A stretch of 64,000 nt of DNA from an uncultured delta proteobacterium. GTDB taxonomy: Bacteria; Desulfobacterota; Syntrophia; Syntrophales; Fen-1087. Made by a program: the position numbers and the translations under genes. This document shows positions 47,490-56,979 of this stretch, one piece after another. The DNA lies in the NCBI GenBank assembly GCA_963708515.1, contig CAVPSX010000005.1:2958-66957 (forward strand), written 5' to 3'. Every line of letters begins with the position of its first letter. The first letter of the stretch is position 1. Under the pieces are notes generated by a model. That model worked only from the letters and a program-made list of their open reading frames with translations, was not told where the DNA came from and ran no database searches.

Positions 47490-47623
47490 TTCTCTGCGCA
47501 AGAGGATTGTCTTATCGATCTGGCAAAGCCCTGGGTGTTCTTCAGCCCGGTGCGGTATTAGTTGATCCCCTCACCCATGGGTTCTACTGAGGCCTCAGGT
47601 GCAAGGAGGGAGGTTTATAACCT

Positions 47624-48280
47624 GTGGCATCCCACACCATCATGGATAATCCCATTCGCAAGTCAATCGAGGAACGGGGGATAAAACTGGACAAGAACAG
47701 GCTGGAAGCACTCACGGACGGGATATTTGCCTTTTCCATGACCCTCCTTGTGACAAGTCTCATACTCCCGCGCTCGGCAACCATCACCCAAACTTCAACA
47801 GAAGCCCTCTTAAGCCTTGTTCCGGACTTCTTTCATTATATCATCGCTTTTTTTGTGCTCTCGGCATTCTGGATGTCCCACCATGTTCAGTTCACCCACA
47901 TCCGTTCCCTTGACAGGCCCTTCCTTTTTTTAAATATCATCGGACTTTTTTTTGTCACGGTCGTCCCGTTCTCCACGAGTTTCATCGGCGATTATTCTGA
48001 CGATCTTGTGGCAACGGCCGTTTTCGAGATCAACCTCCTTGTTCTGGGCCTTGTCTTCCTCCTCCAGTGGGTGTATGCAACCCGCGGGTACCTGCTCGTC
48101 TCACCCGACTATCCTGAAATACGGATCCGGTTCGGAATCTGGCGGAACCTGGTCATACCCTCCCTCTCTCTTTTCGGGATCATCCTTGCGGTTGCCGGAT
48201 TTAAAAGCAGCACCATGGTATACCTCCTTTCACCGCTGGCATCATGGACAGTGGGGCGGGTGATACTAAAAAAGGGGTGA
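47624..48280 (+). CDS. DUF1211/TMEM175-family membrane protein (putative K+ channel)
   Basis: It has RLEALTDGIFAFSMTLLV and six TM segments. A GTG start at 47624 has GGAGG about 10 nt upstream; the alternative start is ATG 47642. Confidence 0.7.
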   Translation: MASHTIMDNPIRKSIEERGIKLDKNRLEALTDGIFAFSMTLLVTSLILPRSATITQTSTEALLSLVPDFFHYIIAFFVLSAFWMSHHVQFTHIRSLDRPFLFLNIIGLFFVTVVPFSTSFIGDYSDDLVATAVFEINLLVLGLVFLLQWVYATRGYLLVSPDYPEIRIRFGIWRNLVIPSLSLFGIILAVAGFKSSTMVYLLSPLASWTVGRVILKKG

Positions 48281-48383
48281 TTGCAGGGTAAATCGTCAGG
48301 GGCGGCAATCCGACCCGCCATCATGGCTGTTCCCATGAGTGACCACCTGAAGGGAAATGCCGGCCGCAGTTTGAGTTATTTTT

Positions 48384-48941
48384 ATGGTTTTTTATGGAGT
48401 TATCGTGCCGATTTATGAATTTGCAGGAAAGAGGCCAAGCATATCACCCGGGGCGTTTGTCCACCCGCAAGCCGTTGTCATCGGTGACGCGACGATAGGC
48501 GATGAATGCCTCATTGCCCCCTGCGCCGTTATCAGGGCTGATTTCGGGCCCATCATCATCGGCGAGGGGTCAAGCATACAGGATAACGCGACGATCCATG
48601 TGACCCCGGGCGATAAGGTGGTTATCGGCAGGCATGTCATCGTTGCGCATCATGCCGTTCTCCATGACGTCACCCTGCATGAGCGCTGTGTGATCGGCAT
48701 GGGGGCCGTCCTCCTGCAGAAAGTGGTCTGCGAGGAGGGCGTCATTGTTGCGGCGGGCGCGGTCGTGCCCCAGGGAATGCATATCCCGGCGAGAAAACTC
48801 GTTGCTGGGAATCCGGCCAGGGTCGTCAAGGATGTGTCGCCGGAGATGGAGGCCTATGTGGCTATGGGCATTGATGCGTATAAGGAGCTCAACCGTCGCT
48901 ACCGGCAGACAATGAAAGAAATTGCGCGAGAAGAAACTTGA
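48384..48941 (+). CDS. Gamma-carbonic-anhydrase-like hexapeptide-repeat protein (PaaY/YrdA/CaiE family)
   Basis: Left-handed beta-helix repeats (VHPQAVVIGDATIGDECLIAPCAVIRAD...IGEGSSIQDNATIH). The start may be GTG 48405. Confidence 0.8.
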   Translation: MVFYGVIVPIYEFAGKRPSISPGAFVHPQAVVIGDATIGDECLIAPCAVIRADFGPIIIGEGSSIQDNATIHVTPGDKVVIGRHVIVAHHAVLHDVTLHERCVIGMGAVLLQKVVCEEGVIVAAGAVVPQGMHIPARKLVAGNPARVVKDVSPEMEAYVAMGIDAYKELNRRYRQTMKEIAREET

Positions 48942-49004
48942 TGCAAGCTCCGGGCATCGCGCGGCTCATACAGATGACGACAATGACTACAGAGAAATGA
49001 CGGC

Positions 49005-49274
49005 ATGGACGATGTCACGACATTGAATCAGCTTGAAGAATTGGCCCTCAGGCTGGGATTGACGATCCGCTATGAGTCGTTGAAGATAGACGGATCCCTT
49101 TATGTCGGAGGATTTTGCCGTGTTAGGGGACAGGATTTTGTGATTGTCAGTAAAAGAGCAACAACACAGGAGCGGATTCATGTTCTGACGAATGCGCTGA
49201 AGCGGTGCGAGCTCAGTGAGATTTATATTTTGCCATCACTCAGAAAATTGCTGGAACAGGAGACTGCCCCATAA
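49005..49274 (+). CDS. Hypothetical small protein
   Basis: 89-aa ORF with coding-like composition. I recognise no motif. Confidence 0.4.
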   Translation: MDDVTTLNQLEELALRLGLTIRYESLKIDGSLYVGGFCRVRGQDFVIVSKRATTQERIHVLTNALKRCELSEIYILPSLRKLLEQETAP

Positions 49275-49392
49275 TATTGGATAAAAAATATCAAGCACGA
49301 TTGCAGAAGGCAAAGCCCTTGCCGGTTTTGAAGAACCTACAGCGCTTCATGATCGGTATGCTTCGCAACACCCGCCCATGCGGGAAAAGGCG

Positions 49393-49770
49393 TCACTGAT
49401 AATGGATCTCGAAGGGTTTGTTGGTGATGAACAGGACGGTCACATCGCACTCGGCGGTGGCGCCATGCTCCATCACCATCCCCTCCGGAAACCAGACGAA
49501 ACTACCGGGGCCGTAATGTCCCGCGTGCGTCACGAGCGTTCCCTCCAGCACATACATGCCGTGCGCGCACGGATGGGTATGCCGCACGTTGATCACACCG
49601 GCGGGATAGCGGACGAGACGGACCATCATGCCGCTGTCGGGATCGCTCACCAGATGCTTCCGATAAAGCATCCGTCCCAGTTTCTCGTTATAACCCTCCT
49701 CCCAGGGGATTGCCCGGGTATCGATTGCGATCATTTTCTCACCCATTTCCGGCTCCTTCCCGGCAGTCAA
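49393..49770 (-). CDS. Cupin-domain protein
   Basis: 125 aa with VRYPAGVINVRHTHPCAHGMYVLEGTL. Confidence 0.7.
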   Translation of the reverse strand: MTAGKEPEMGEKMIAIDTRAIPWEEGYNEKLGRMLYRKHLVSDPDSGMMVRLVRYPAGVINVRHTHPCAHGMYVLEGTLVTHAGHYGPGSFVWFPEGMVMEHGATAECDVTVLFITNKPFEIHYQ

Positions 49771-49813
49771 AGCGCGCCCGGATTAATCTAATTATTGCTT
49801 TTTATGACACGGG

Positions 49814-49842
49814 AATATACGAAGAATGTCCTTGTGTGTCAA
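49814..49842 (-). promoter_or_regulatory. Sigma70-type promoter for the cupin gene
   Basis: On the minus strand it reads TTGACA-17 nt (CACAAGGACATTCTTCG)-TATATT. It shares the TTGACACACAA start with the promoters at 46164-46192 and 47461-47489. Confidence 0.55.
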
Positions 49843-49950
49843 TAAAATCCTGGATGTAAACTCAACACCTTTTCGTACTATAGCCGAATCCATCGGCGAC
49901 TTCTCATGAGTTCGCCAATATTGATGAACCCGTAAAAAGTCAAGTAACTA

Positions 49951-49980
49951 TTGACAAAGTTGTTTTTTCTTCTGTATGGT
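49951..49980 (+). promoter_or_regulatory. Possible sigma70 promoter for the DUF853 gene
   Basis: TTGACA-18 nt-TATGGT, 30 nt upstream of ATG 50010. Confidence 0.4.
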
Positions 49981-50009
49981 TCTCCAGTCAAAACCGCCCA
50001 GGAGGGGAA

Positions 50010-51480
50010 TATGAACAAAGAAGCCGTACCCATGGTCATTGCCAAAGCGAAGGCTGAAATTGCCATCCTCCCCAAAATGGCCAATCGACACGGCCTCATC
50101 GCCGGCGCCACAGGCACCGGCAAGACAGTGACGCTGAGAACCATGGCCGAGCAGTTCAGCTCGATTGGCGTTCCGGTTTTCATGGCCGACGTCAAGGGGG
50201 ACCTCTCCGGTCTTCCTTTTCCGGGGGGAGAAAATGCCCGGGTCAGTGAGCGAATTCGCGAGCTGGGCCTTGAGGACTTTCAATTTCAGGGGTTCCCGGT
50301 CATGTTCTGGGACGTCTTCGGCGAGCAGGGGCACCCCGTTCGCGCCACGATTTCCGAACTGGGTCCGTTGCTTTTGAGCCGCATCCTGTCGCTTAACGAT
50401 ATTCAAACCGGCGTCCTGACGCTTGTCTTCAAGGTTGCCGATGATAATGGCCTTCTGCTGTTGGATTTGAAAGATTTGCGGTCGATGATCCAGTTCGTAG
50501 GCGAGCAGGCGCCGCAACTCCAGAAACAATACGGCAATATCTCCGCCGCCAGCATCGGGGCCATTCAGCGTGGCCTGCTGAATCTTGAACAGCAGGGGGC
50601 AAGTTCATTTTTCGGCGAGCCGGCCCTCAATCTCAACGATCTCATTCAGACCGACGTCAATGGAAAAGGCTTCATAAACATTCTCGCAGCCGATCGGTTG
50701 ATGCAATCGCCGAAACTCTACGCGACGTTTCTGCTCTGGATGCTGGCCGAACTCTTTGAGCAACTTCCCGAAACGGGCGACCCGGAAAAACCCAAGCTCG
50801 TTTTCTTTTTCGACGAAGCCCACCTGCTCTTTGACGATGCACCCAGGGCACTTGCGGACAAGATCGAGCAGGTCGTCCGCCTGATTCGTTCCAAGGGTGT
50901 GGGTGTGTATTTCATCACCCAGAATCCGCTTGATCTGCCGGAAACCGTTCTGGGTCAGTTGGGCAATCGCGTACAGCATGCACTGAGGGCATTCACGCCC
51001 AGGGACCAGAAGACCGTCAAGGCCGCCGCAGAAACGTTCCGCGCCCAAAAGGGCCTGGATGTAGCTGCCGTCATCATGGAACTGGAGGTGGGAGAGGCCT
51101 TGATTTCGGTACTGGACAAAAAGGGGGCGCCGACGGTGGTGGAACGGGCGTATATCTGCCCGCCGCATAGTCGCCTGACGCCCCTGACATCCGATGAAAG
51201 AGGCCGCATCATCAAAGCGTCCGTCCTCTTCGGACACTATGAAAAGACCGTTGACCGGGAATCGGCCTATGAAATCCTGAAAGAAAAGACGGCAAAGCAG
51301 GAACAAGAAACCGCGGCCGTTGCCGCTGAAAAACAGCGTCCGGCCGCCGGGCGCGGGCAGGCCGGAGATTTCCTTGCGGCTGCCGCAAAAAGCGCGGCCC
51401 ATGCGATCGGCAGCCAGGTCGGACGGCAGATTATCCGGGGCGTACTGGGCTCTCTCTTCGGTGGGGGGAAAAAGAGGTGA
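50010..51480 (+). CDS. DUF853/YjgR-family HerA-like P-loop ATPase
   Basis: It has [16 protein letters not shown] (Walker A), [10 protein letters not shown] (Walker B) and a C-terminal Gly-rich tail. The start is taken at ATG 50010 (MNKEAVPM...). Confidence 0.8.
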
Positions 51481-51560
51481 AAAGCTGAATCAGCCATTTA
51501 CTTTTTTCCGTGTTTCCACTATAGTCGACCCTAAACAAAAAATTCATTTAGGAGGATGAC

Positions 51561-51857
51561 ATGAAGAAAATGATTTTAGTTATCGGTGTGTTGCTGCTTG
51601 CTGTGTCTTTTGCATTTGCCGCCGGGCCGAAAAGCTACCAGGTCACAGGCCCTGTGCTCGAAGTGAAGGATGATGTCATTGTCGTGCAAAAAGGCCAGGA
51701 CAAATGGGAAATCGCAAAGGACAAGACCACGAAAGTCACAGGCGATCTCAAGGTCGGCCAGAAGGTGACCATCCAGTACCAGATGAAGGCCACAGAGATT
51801 GACGCCAAGGGTGCTCCGGCGAAACCGGCTGCCAAGGAGGCGCCGAAGAAAAAATAG
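51561..51857 (+). CDS. Small secreted protein with Lys/Ala/Pro-rich tail
   Basis: 98 aa. AGGAGG lies upstream, and the signal peptide is MKKMILVIGVLLLAVSFAFA. Confidence 0.6.
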   Translation: MKKMILVIGVLLLAVSFAFAAGPKSYQVTGPVLEVKDDVIVVQKGQDKWEIAKDKTTKVTGDLKVGQKVTIQYQMKATEIDAKGAPAKPAAKEAPKKK

Positions 51858-51993
51858 TCAGGCCTCGAAATTTTGATCAACATGGATTGAAGTACTCTCG
51901 CAGTCGCGGCGCCTACCGGTATCCCGTGCACAATCTGGCCGTGCTTGCGGAACCGCAAATTCCCGAAAAATACCATCAAATCGCGCCCCGGAA

Positions 51994-52479
51994 ATGATTA
52001 TCAGTGTTTCGGAATATATGCCGGGTCTCCTTGGCCGGATAACGGAGCTGCACGCCGGGTATTACCATCAGCACTGGGGCTTTGACCTTTTTTTCGAGAC
52101 CAAGGTGGCCGTTGAGCTGGCCGATTTCCTGCAGCACTTCGATGTGATGCGGGATGGGTTGTGGGCGGCCGTGGCGGATGACCTTATTATTGGTGCAATT
52201 GCCGTCAGCGGGCGCGATGCCGCGACGATCGGGGCGAGGTTGCGCTGGCTGATCGTTGCGCCGCAATATCAAAGCCGGGGATACGGAAAGCGGTTGATGC
52301 GCGCGGCGATGGACTTTTGCAGACAAACGCGTTTCAAGCGGATTTATCTGACGACATTCGCAGGGCTTGATGCAGCACGGCATTTATACGAGCAGGAGGG
52401 GTTCCGCGTCAAGATCGAGCAGGAGGATGCCCATTGGGGAAAGACCGTACGGGAACAGACCTTCGAGTTGATGCTGTGA
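51994..52479 (+). CDS. GNAT-family N-acetyltransferase
   Basis: It has RWLIVAPQYQSRGYGKRLMRAAMDF, an acetyl-CoA-binding motif of the Q/RxxGxG/A type. Confidence 0.8.
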   Translation: MIISVSEYMPGLLGRITELHAGYYHQHWGFDLFFETKVAVELADFLQHFDVMRDGLWAAVADDLIIGAIAVSGRDAATIGARLRWLIVAPQYQSRGYGKRLMRAAMDFCRQTRFKRIYLTTFAGLDAARHLYEQEGFRVKIEQEDAHWGKTVREQTFELML

Positions 52480-52490
52480 GAGTTTTGCAT

Positions 52491-52665
52491 AACCGGCGGA
52501 AAATGGTTCGCAAGCGGCGAATGAAAGATTTTTCGTTGATGGGGACACGACTTTGTCAAGCCCCCTCCCCATGACTAATTTATTGATTTCAAGCATATTC
52601 GTGCCTTATAATATTTTATGCGAAAAAGATTTTGAGCCGCGGCGAAGCCATTTTTCAAAGGTCTC
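52491..52665 (+). repeat. MITE-like repeat, copy 3
   Basis: Same arms as copies 1 and 2. The core holds a degenerate GGGGACACGAC...GCCCC hairpin. Confidence 0.7.
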
Positions 52666-52702
52666 GCTGTGGTGATGGGATCACGCCGCGGAATCGGTCT
52701 TC

Positions 52703-53647
52703 TTATGAAAAGTTATTGAGGGCCCACCTTACCCGCGTTTCAGCAGTAGTAAAAACGTCCGATGGCGCTCGATCAACCTGGTCAAGGCGTTTTCGCAGGC
52801 CCTTACCATTGGCCAACTGAATGGCCAGTCCCGGACGGGCGTTTAGTTCCAGAAGCAGAGGCCCTCGGTCTTTATCAATCACCAGATCCACGCCAAGATA
52901 CCCTAAGCCGGTAATCTCGAAAGTTTCAGCCGCCATCCACAGCATCTTTTCCCAGTAAGGGACCTGAATTCCGCTGACAGGGTTCACTGTGTCCGGATGG
53001 TGGGTGATGACCTGGGAGAGATGGACAGCAGACGTCGTAATACCATCGGCCATTTCGATGCCCGCACCGATTGCCCCTCGATGAAGGTTGGCCTTGCCGT
53101 CGGATGCTTTGGTAGGAAGTCGTACCATGGACATCACCGGAACGCCACGATAGACAACAATCCTCACGTCCGGAACACCGAGAAAGGTTACGGCGGCAAA
53201 GATAGGATCCGGATGAACCAGCGCTTCCACAATAGCAAAGTCCTCAAGCCCTGATAAGGAAAAAATCCCCGAGAGGATTTCAGAGACATGATAGGAGAAA
53301 TCCTCAAAGGAGATAACCTCTCCGCTTTGCGTAGCATATCCTCCCTCCGTGCGATTCCTGATAAGAAGAATCCCACTTCCTCCAGAACCACGTGCCGGTT
53401 TGACCACAAATTCATTATGCCCCCCGAGAGCCTCCTGAATCCCGGTAATATCCCCATGCGTTTCTACCAGGTAGTATAGAGGGGGCGTGGGAATATGATG
53501 GGTCTCTGCCAATTTCTTGGTCAGCATCTTATTATCGACGCGAGGGAAAAATGAACGGGGGTTGCACCGCATGATGTAGTCGGCATTCCGGCTGTTTATG
53601 CCCAGGATTCCAGCTTTCTTCAATCCACGGAACGCTTGCCAAATCAC
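52703..53647 (-). CDS. Alpha-L-glutamate-ligase-related ATP-grasp protein (RimK-like)
   Basis: 314 aa from GTG 53647, which overlaps the upstream TGA (GTGA). It reads IWQAFRGLKKAGILGINSRNADYI...VVKPARGSGGSGI...LELNARPGL. Confidence 0.75.
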   Translation of the reverse strand: MIWQAFRGLKKAGILGINSRNADYIMRCNPRSFFPRVDNKMLTKKLAETHHIPTPPLYYLVETHGDITGIQEALGGHNEFVVKPARGSGGSGILLIRNRTEGGYATQSGEVISFEDFSYHVSEILSGIFSLSGLEDFAIVEALVHPDPIFAAVTFLGVPDVRIVVYRGVPVMSMVRLPTKASDGKANLHRGAIGAGIEMADGITTSAVHLSQVITHHPDTVNPVSGIQVPYWEKMLWMAAETFEITGLGYLGVDLVIDKDRGPLLLELNARPGLAIQLANGKGLRKRLDQVDRAPSDVFTTAETRVRWALNNFS

Positions 53648-55174
53648 GGTAAGCCTCTCAGCGCGCGAAAACGGAAGATTTCCGATAGACGATATCCGGT
53701 ATAACGTCCCAGAAGAATCTGCGCTGCGGCTACGGCTGCCAGCAATTCGGGAAATACAAAAAAGGTGATCTGAATGGGCTCCCAGCTTATAATTCCATAG
53801 GCAAGGATAGACACTGAAAGCGCTTCCGGCAGCAGTCCGGAAACCTTCCGCCACTCCTGCTTCCTCGACGAGGACGAAGAATCGTTCGATGACCATGGTT
53901 AATATGACAAAGGGAAGTAACCCGACAGCCATTAATTGCCGCAGTCCAATTTTGTTCCCCACCAGGGCAAGGATCGTGAAACAGGCAATCACGAAGGTCA
54001 GGATCACAGACATGCGGGGGACCAGCAGGAGACGGAATTTGTCGAGAAACAGGCGTACGGCGTATCCAATAAATAATATTCCAGCAAAGATTCCCAAACC
54101 GTAAATCAATCCCGTGCCACGAAAGGCCAAAGCCATCAGTACGGGCATGAAAATTCCGAAGGTGGGAAAACCAACCATATTTCTCAGGAATCCGACGATG
54201 AGGGCTCCTACAGGGATCAACAGAAGAATACGAAAAGTCTGCTGGAATTCAGGGGGCAGGCGAAAGAGCGACCAATTGTCGAGAAAGCCGGTAGAATGTT
54301 GGGTTCGCTCAAAATGCAAACGCCAATGACTGACAATCTCTCTATTGGTGATCCATCGTATTTCCAGAAGCTCACCACCGGACACATGTGCAACAGGCAA
54401 ACCATCCGTTGCCAATGGGAGAAGCGTGGCCGTATTTTTTTCAATCTCCCCTGTCTCTGGCCAGAGGCTCTCCCATATTTTGCCGGTCCATACTTCGATC
54501 CAGATGAGAGGCCGGGCCTCAATCCCTTCAATAAGCCGTAATCCCTGTACAGGGCGGGACGGAAGGCCTGAAGCTTCTAACAATGTTTGAATTGCGGCCA
54601 CCCGGCCATATTTTTCCTGAACAATGCGCCACGCTTGAACATCTTGATCTTTTGGAGAAGGTTGTATCCACTTCCCCTTGACAGCCGCGATAACTGCCTT
54701 GACTCGGGCCGCTGGAGCAAGTTGCATCCAGTTCCCTGCTAAACGCTCGGCCAAGGTCTGTTCTTCCCTTTCTATCCCCGGTGAGACCTTTTCACCGGTT
54801 GGAGGGTCAGTTCTGAAGGAGCGCCCCGGGCGAACAAGGATAATCGCCCGGTAATTAATCTCTTCTTCTCCCGGTCCTATTGATCCTGACCAAGCGCCAA
54901 TCCGATTTGGCCCTTTCTGGACCAGGTTGAAATTCAGGGTTCCCGATGTGACTTTTTCTTCGAGGAGCATTCGCCCGGCCTGCTCAATCGGGAGCGCAAG
55001 CGTTAGAGAGGTTTCTCCTTTTCCGCCCTTAATGTGGGCATCTACCAGGAGCTGCCATGTTTTGCCCGGGGCGGTCGGGAAGATTGGATATCCCATCCAA
55101 ACAATACGATAGGCAAGGAGACAGGCTGTCAGGAGAAGCAGGGCTAACGCCAGCAGGACAGCAGGACGTTTCAC
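53644..55174 (-). pseudogene. 7TM-transglutaminase-like membrane protein (inactive TGase domain plus 7 TM), one frameshift near 53820
   Basis: Downstream of ...EGFRTAAGSA, the shifted frame reads LSVSILAYGIISWEPIQITFFVFPELLAAVAAAQILLGRYTGYRLSEIFRFRALRGLP-TGA. This is the typical C-terminus of the family. The 823-aa ORF in the track is an artefactual fusion. Confidence 0.7.
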
Positions 55175-55788
55175 TTATTTTGAACCTCAGGACAAATCGG
55201 TGGGGCACACTTCTCTTTCATACAGTCAACGATAAAATTTTTCTTGAGGGCATTACGACCCACCAGGAGTGGATACTTGACTTTGGATCGATCATTGAGA
55301 TTGACACGAGTACGGATATGCTTGCTTCCGATGCAGAACTCCATCATCACCACGGGTCTCTGTTCACGCGCTTCGGCAGACCGGACGGTTTTCCGAGCAA
55401 CGATCGGTAAGCTTAATTGCAGACCCCCGTACTTTTCCGGCAACTTAAAATCGACAATATCTCCCTTAATGACCATATCCCTGGCATCAAGAGACGTTTG
55501 AGCTGCTCCTGTGTCAATGCGGGCCGGCAACTTCACCCGCCATGGCAGAATGATGACGTCTTCTACAATGCCAACGGCAATTCTCTCTTCAGCTTCAACC
55601 ATTCCTGCCAAACTAAAGGCGACTATGAAGAAAGCTATACAGAATAAACCACCCTTTATTTTATTCCTGTTCCAATAAATGTTGAGTATCTTCCCAAAAT
55701 CCAAGGTATATTCCCTACGTTTTTTATTTGGTGAGAGTCCATTATCATATAAGAGAAAAATAATAAAGTTCGCATTGTACGTCAACAA
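55171..55788 (-). CDS. Retropepsin-like ATP-dependent zinc protease family protein (DUF785/RimB-like), exported
   Basis: It has PARIDTGAAQTSLDA...YPLLVGRNALKKNFIVD. The start codon is uncertain; the true start is probably 100-150 nt downstream of 55788. Confidence 0.65.
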   Translation of the reverse strand: MLTYNANFIIFLLYDNGLSPNKKRREYTLDFGKILNIYWNRNKIKGGLFCIAFFIVAFSLAGMVEAEERIAVGIVEDVIILPWRVKLPARIDTGAAQTSLDARDMVIKGDIVDFKLPEKYGGLQLSLPIVARKTVRSAEAREQRPVVMMEFCIGSKHIRTRVNLNDRSKVKYPLLVGRNALKKNFIVDCMKEKCAPPICPEVQNK

Positions 55789-55936
55789 GAAATGGCTGTG
55801 ACATTACCCCGGGGTATGTAACAAGCTAAAATTGGTTTTCTGCAATTTATAATTATTGCGGTTTGAAAGGCTGCATAAGAGGTGAAAAAGTAACATTTCA
55901 GTAAGTGGGTTGGCAAGGCTTCAGGGATGAAAACTC

Positions 55937-55976
55937 AAAAGCCCCCTGTCCGACACGATCGGATCAGGGGGCTTTT
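55937..55976. terminator. Bidirectional rho-independent terminator
   Basis: AAAA-GCCCCCTG-16 nt-CAGGGGGC-TTTT. Confidence 0.6.
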
Positions 55977-56005
55977 GGCAGATCATGAAAAGATCCTATG
56001 CTAAA

Positions 56006-56031
56006 GGGGGACACGACTTCGTCATCTCCCC
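56006..56031. repeat. REP-like GC hairpin (related to 320-344), directly downstream of the atpZ-like gene
   Basis: GGGGGACACGAC-TTC-GTCATCTCCCCC followed by T6. Confidence 0.55.
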
Positions 56032-56041
56032 CCTTTTTTGT

Positions 56042-56287
56042 TTATACCTTTTTCCTTTTGAGCCAGGCCTCCTGATACAACCTTCCGATGGAGGTAGCCA
56101 GCGCCAGGAAGAACAACCCGAACATGAAGTTGGGCGCCGTCCCGAGCCACTCGTCCAGCAGATGCCCGAGGTACAGGAACAGAAGCGACGCAAAGACGAT
56201 GGCGAATCCCCAGGCGGAGAGCATCAGGATGTGCCCGTACTGCTGCATCTCTCGAAGCGTGTTTCTCTGGGTCGTCTGCGTGTTCAT
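56042..56287 (-). CDS. AtpZ/AtpI-family small membrane protein (orphan, no atp genes nearby)
   Basis: 81 aa with LYLGHLLDEWLGTAPNFMFGLFFLALATSIG. Confidence 0.5.
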   Translation of the reverse strand: MNTQTTQRNTLREMQQYGHILMLSAWGFAIVFASLLFLYLGHLLDEWLGTAPNFMFGLFFLALATSIGRLYQEAWLKRKKV

Positions 56288-56335
56288 GTTCCGTCCCTCC
56301 GTTCCTGAAAATGGGCCTGTCTGATATCCGTAAGC

Positions 56336-56611
56336 TTAACCCACCATGTTCTTGATCGCATCGATCACGGGATTCGTGAACAGGGCGATCAACACCGTGT
56401 AGAGCGCGAAGGCGCCGACGGTCTCGCTGGTGTATATCCGCTCATATTTGTTCTTGAGCGAAATGATGATCAGCCCGCCGACGATCAGGCAACCGAGCTG
56501 GAAATAGGGGAAGTTGCCGGCGCCTGCCAGGGCGTATTCCGCGAAGCTGAAAGTTGCCGTCAGAAGAACCACCGCCGCCGCTACCATCATTGTTCCGATT
56601 GTCTTTTTCAT
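56336..56611 (-). CDS. Small membrane protein, unknown function
   Basis: 91 aa with a signal/TM segment plus two further TM segments. Confidence 0.45.
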   Translation of the reverse strand: MKKTIGTMMVAAAVVLLTATFSFAEYALAGAGNFPYFQLGCLIVGGLIIISLKNKYERIYTSETVGAFALYTVLIALFTNPVIDAIKNMVG

Positions 56612-56979
56612 GATCTGTACCCTCCTTGGGATTTTGTTTGTTTTGTTTGACTTCTACTAATGCGGGAAGCGTGCCAGAACAGAAGACCACGACAAGAAAT
56701 ACCGTAAGTGCTTGAGTTGTCATTGAATATAACATCGGCTGGGGAGATTGAATATGGCACTTCACGGCTTTTACGGTTTGATATTTTAAAGAATCTTTCA
56801 ATGCGCTTGAAAGAAATGGTTCAGATGAAAGGGTTCCGGCGTTCTCACGTTTCGTTATGTCCGCATCATGGAGGTGGGGGCGACTGAAAAAAGAAAACCC
56901 CAGTCCACTTTCCGGAAAGAGGTTTAATGTATCTCTCATAATCAAGAATTTATCGACTCCGCCGCTTTTTTCGCTTCCA

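Noticed and set aside
46163-47495. Inverted repeats of about 35 bp (…AGTATATGA..GGATTTTGTGTGTCAA at 46163-46196 and its complement at 47461-47495) flank the IS110 remnant and a small gene. This resembles the ends of a composite mobile element.
   Set aside because: Each repeat is a complete outward-facing TTGACA-17-TATACT promoter placed correctly upstream of cydA and of the TMEM175-like gene. A third copy, not associated with any IS, serves the cupin gene at 49814-49842. Promoter similarity explains the repeat better than transposon ends do.
52703-55174. An 823-aa ORF that looks like a natural fusion of a 7TM-transglutaminase protein with a RimK-like ligase.
   Set aside because: A different frame between about 53820 and 53644 gives the family-typical C-terminus (…FPELLAAVAAAQILLGRYTGYRLSEIFRFRALRGLP-stop). 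The ligase has its own GTG start overlapping that stop (GTGA). The long ORF exists only because a frameshift drops the upstream gene into the ligase frame.
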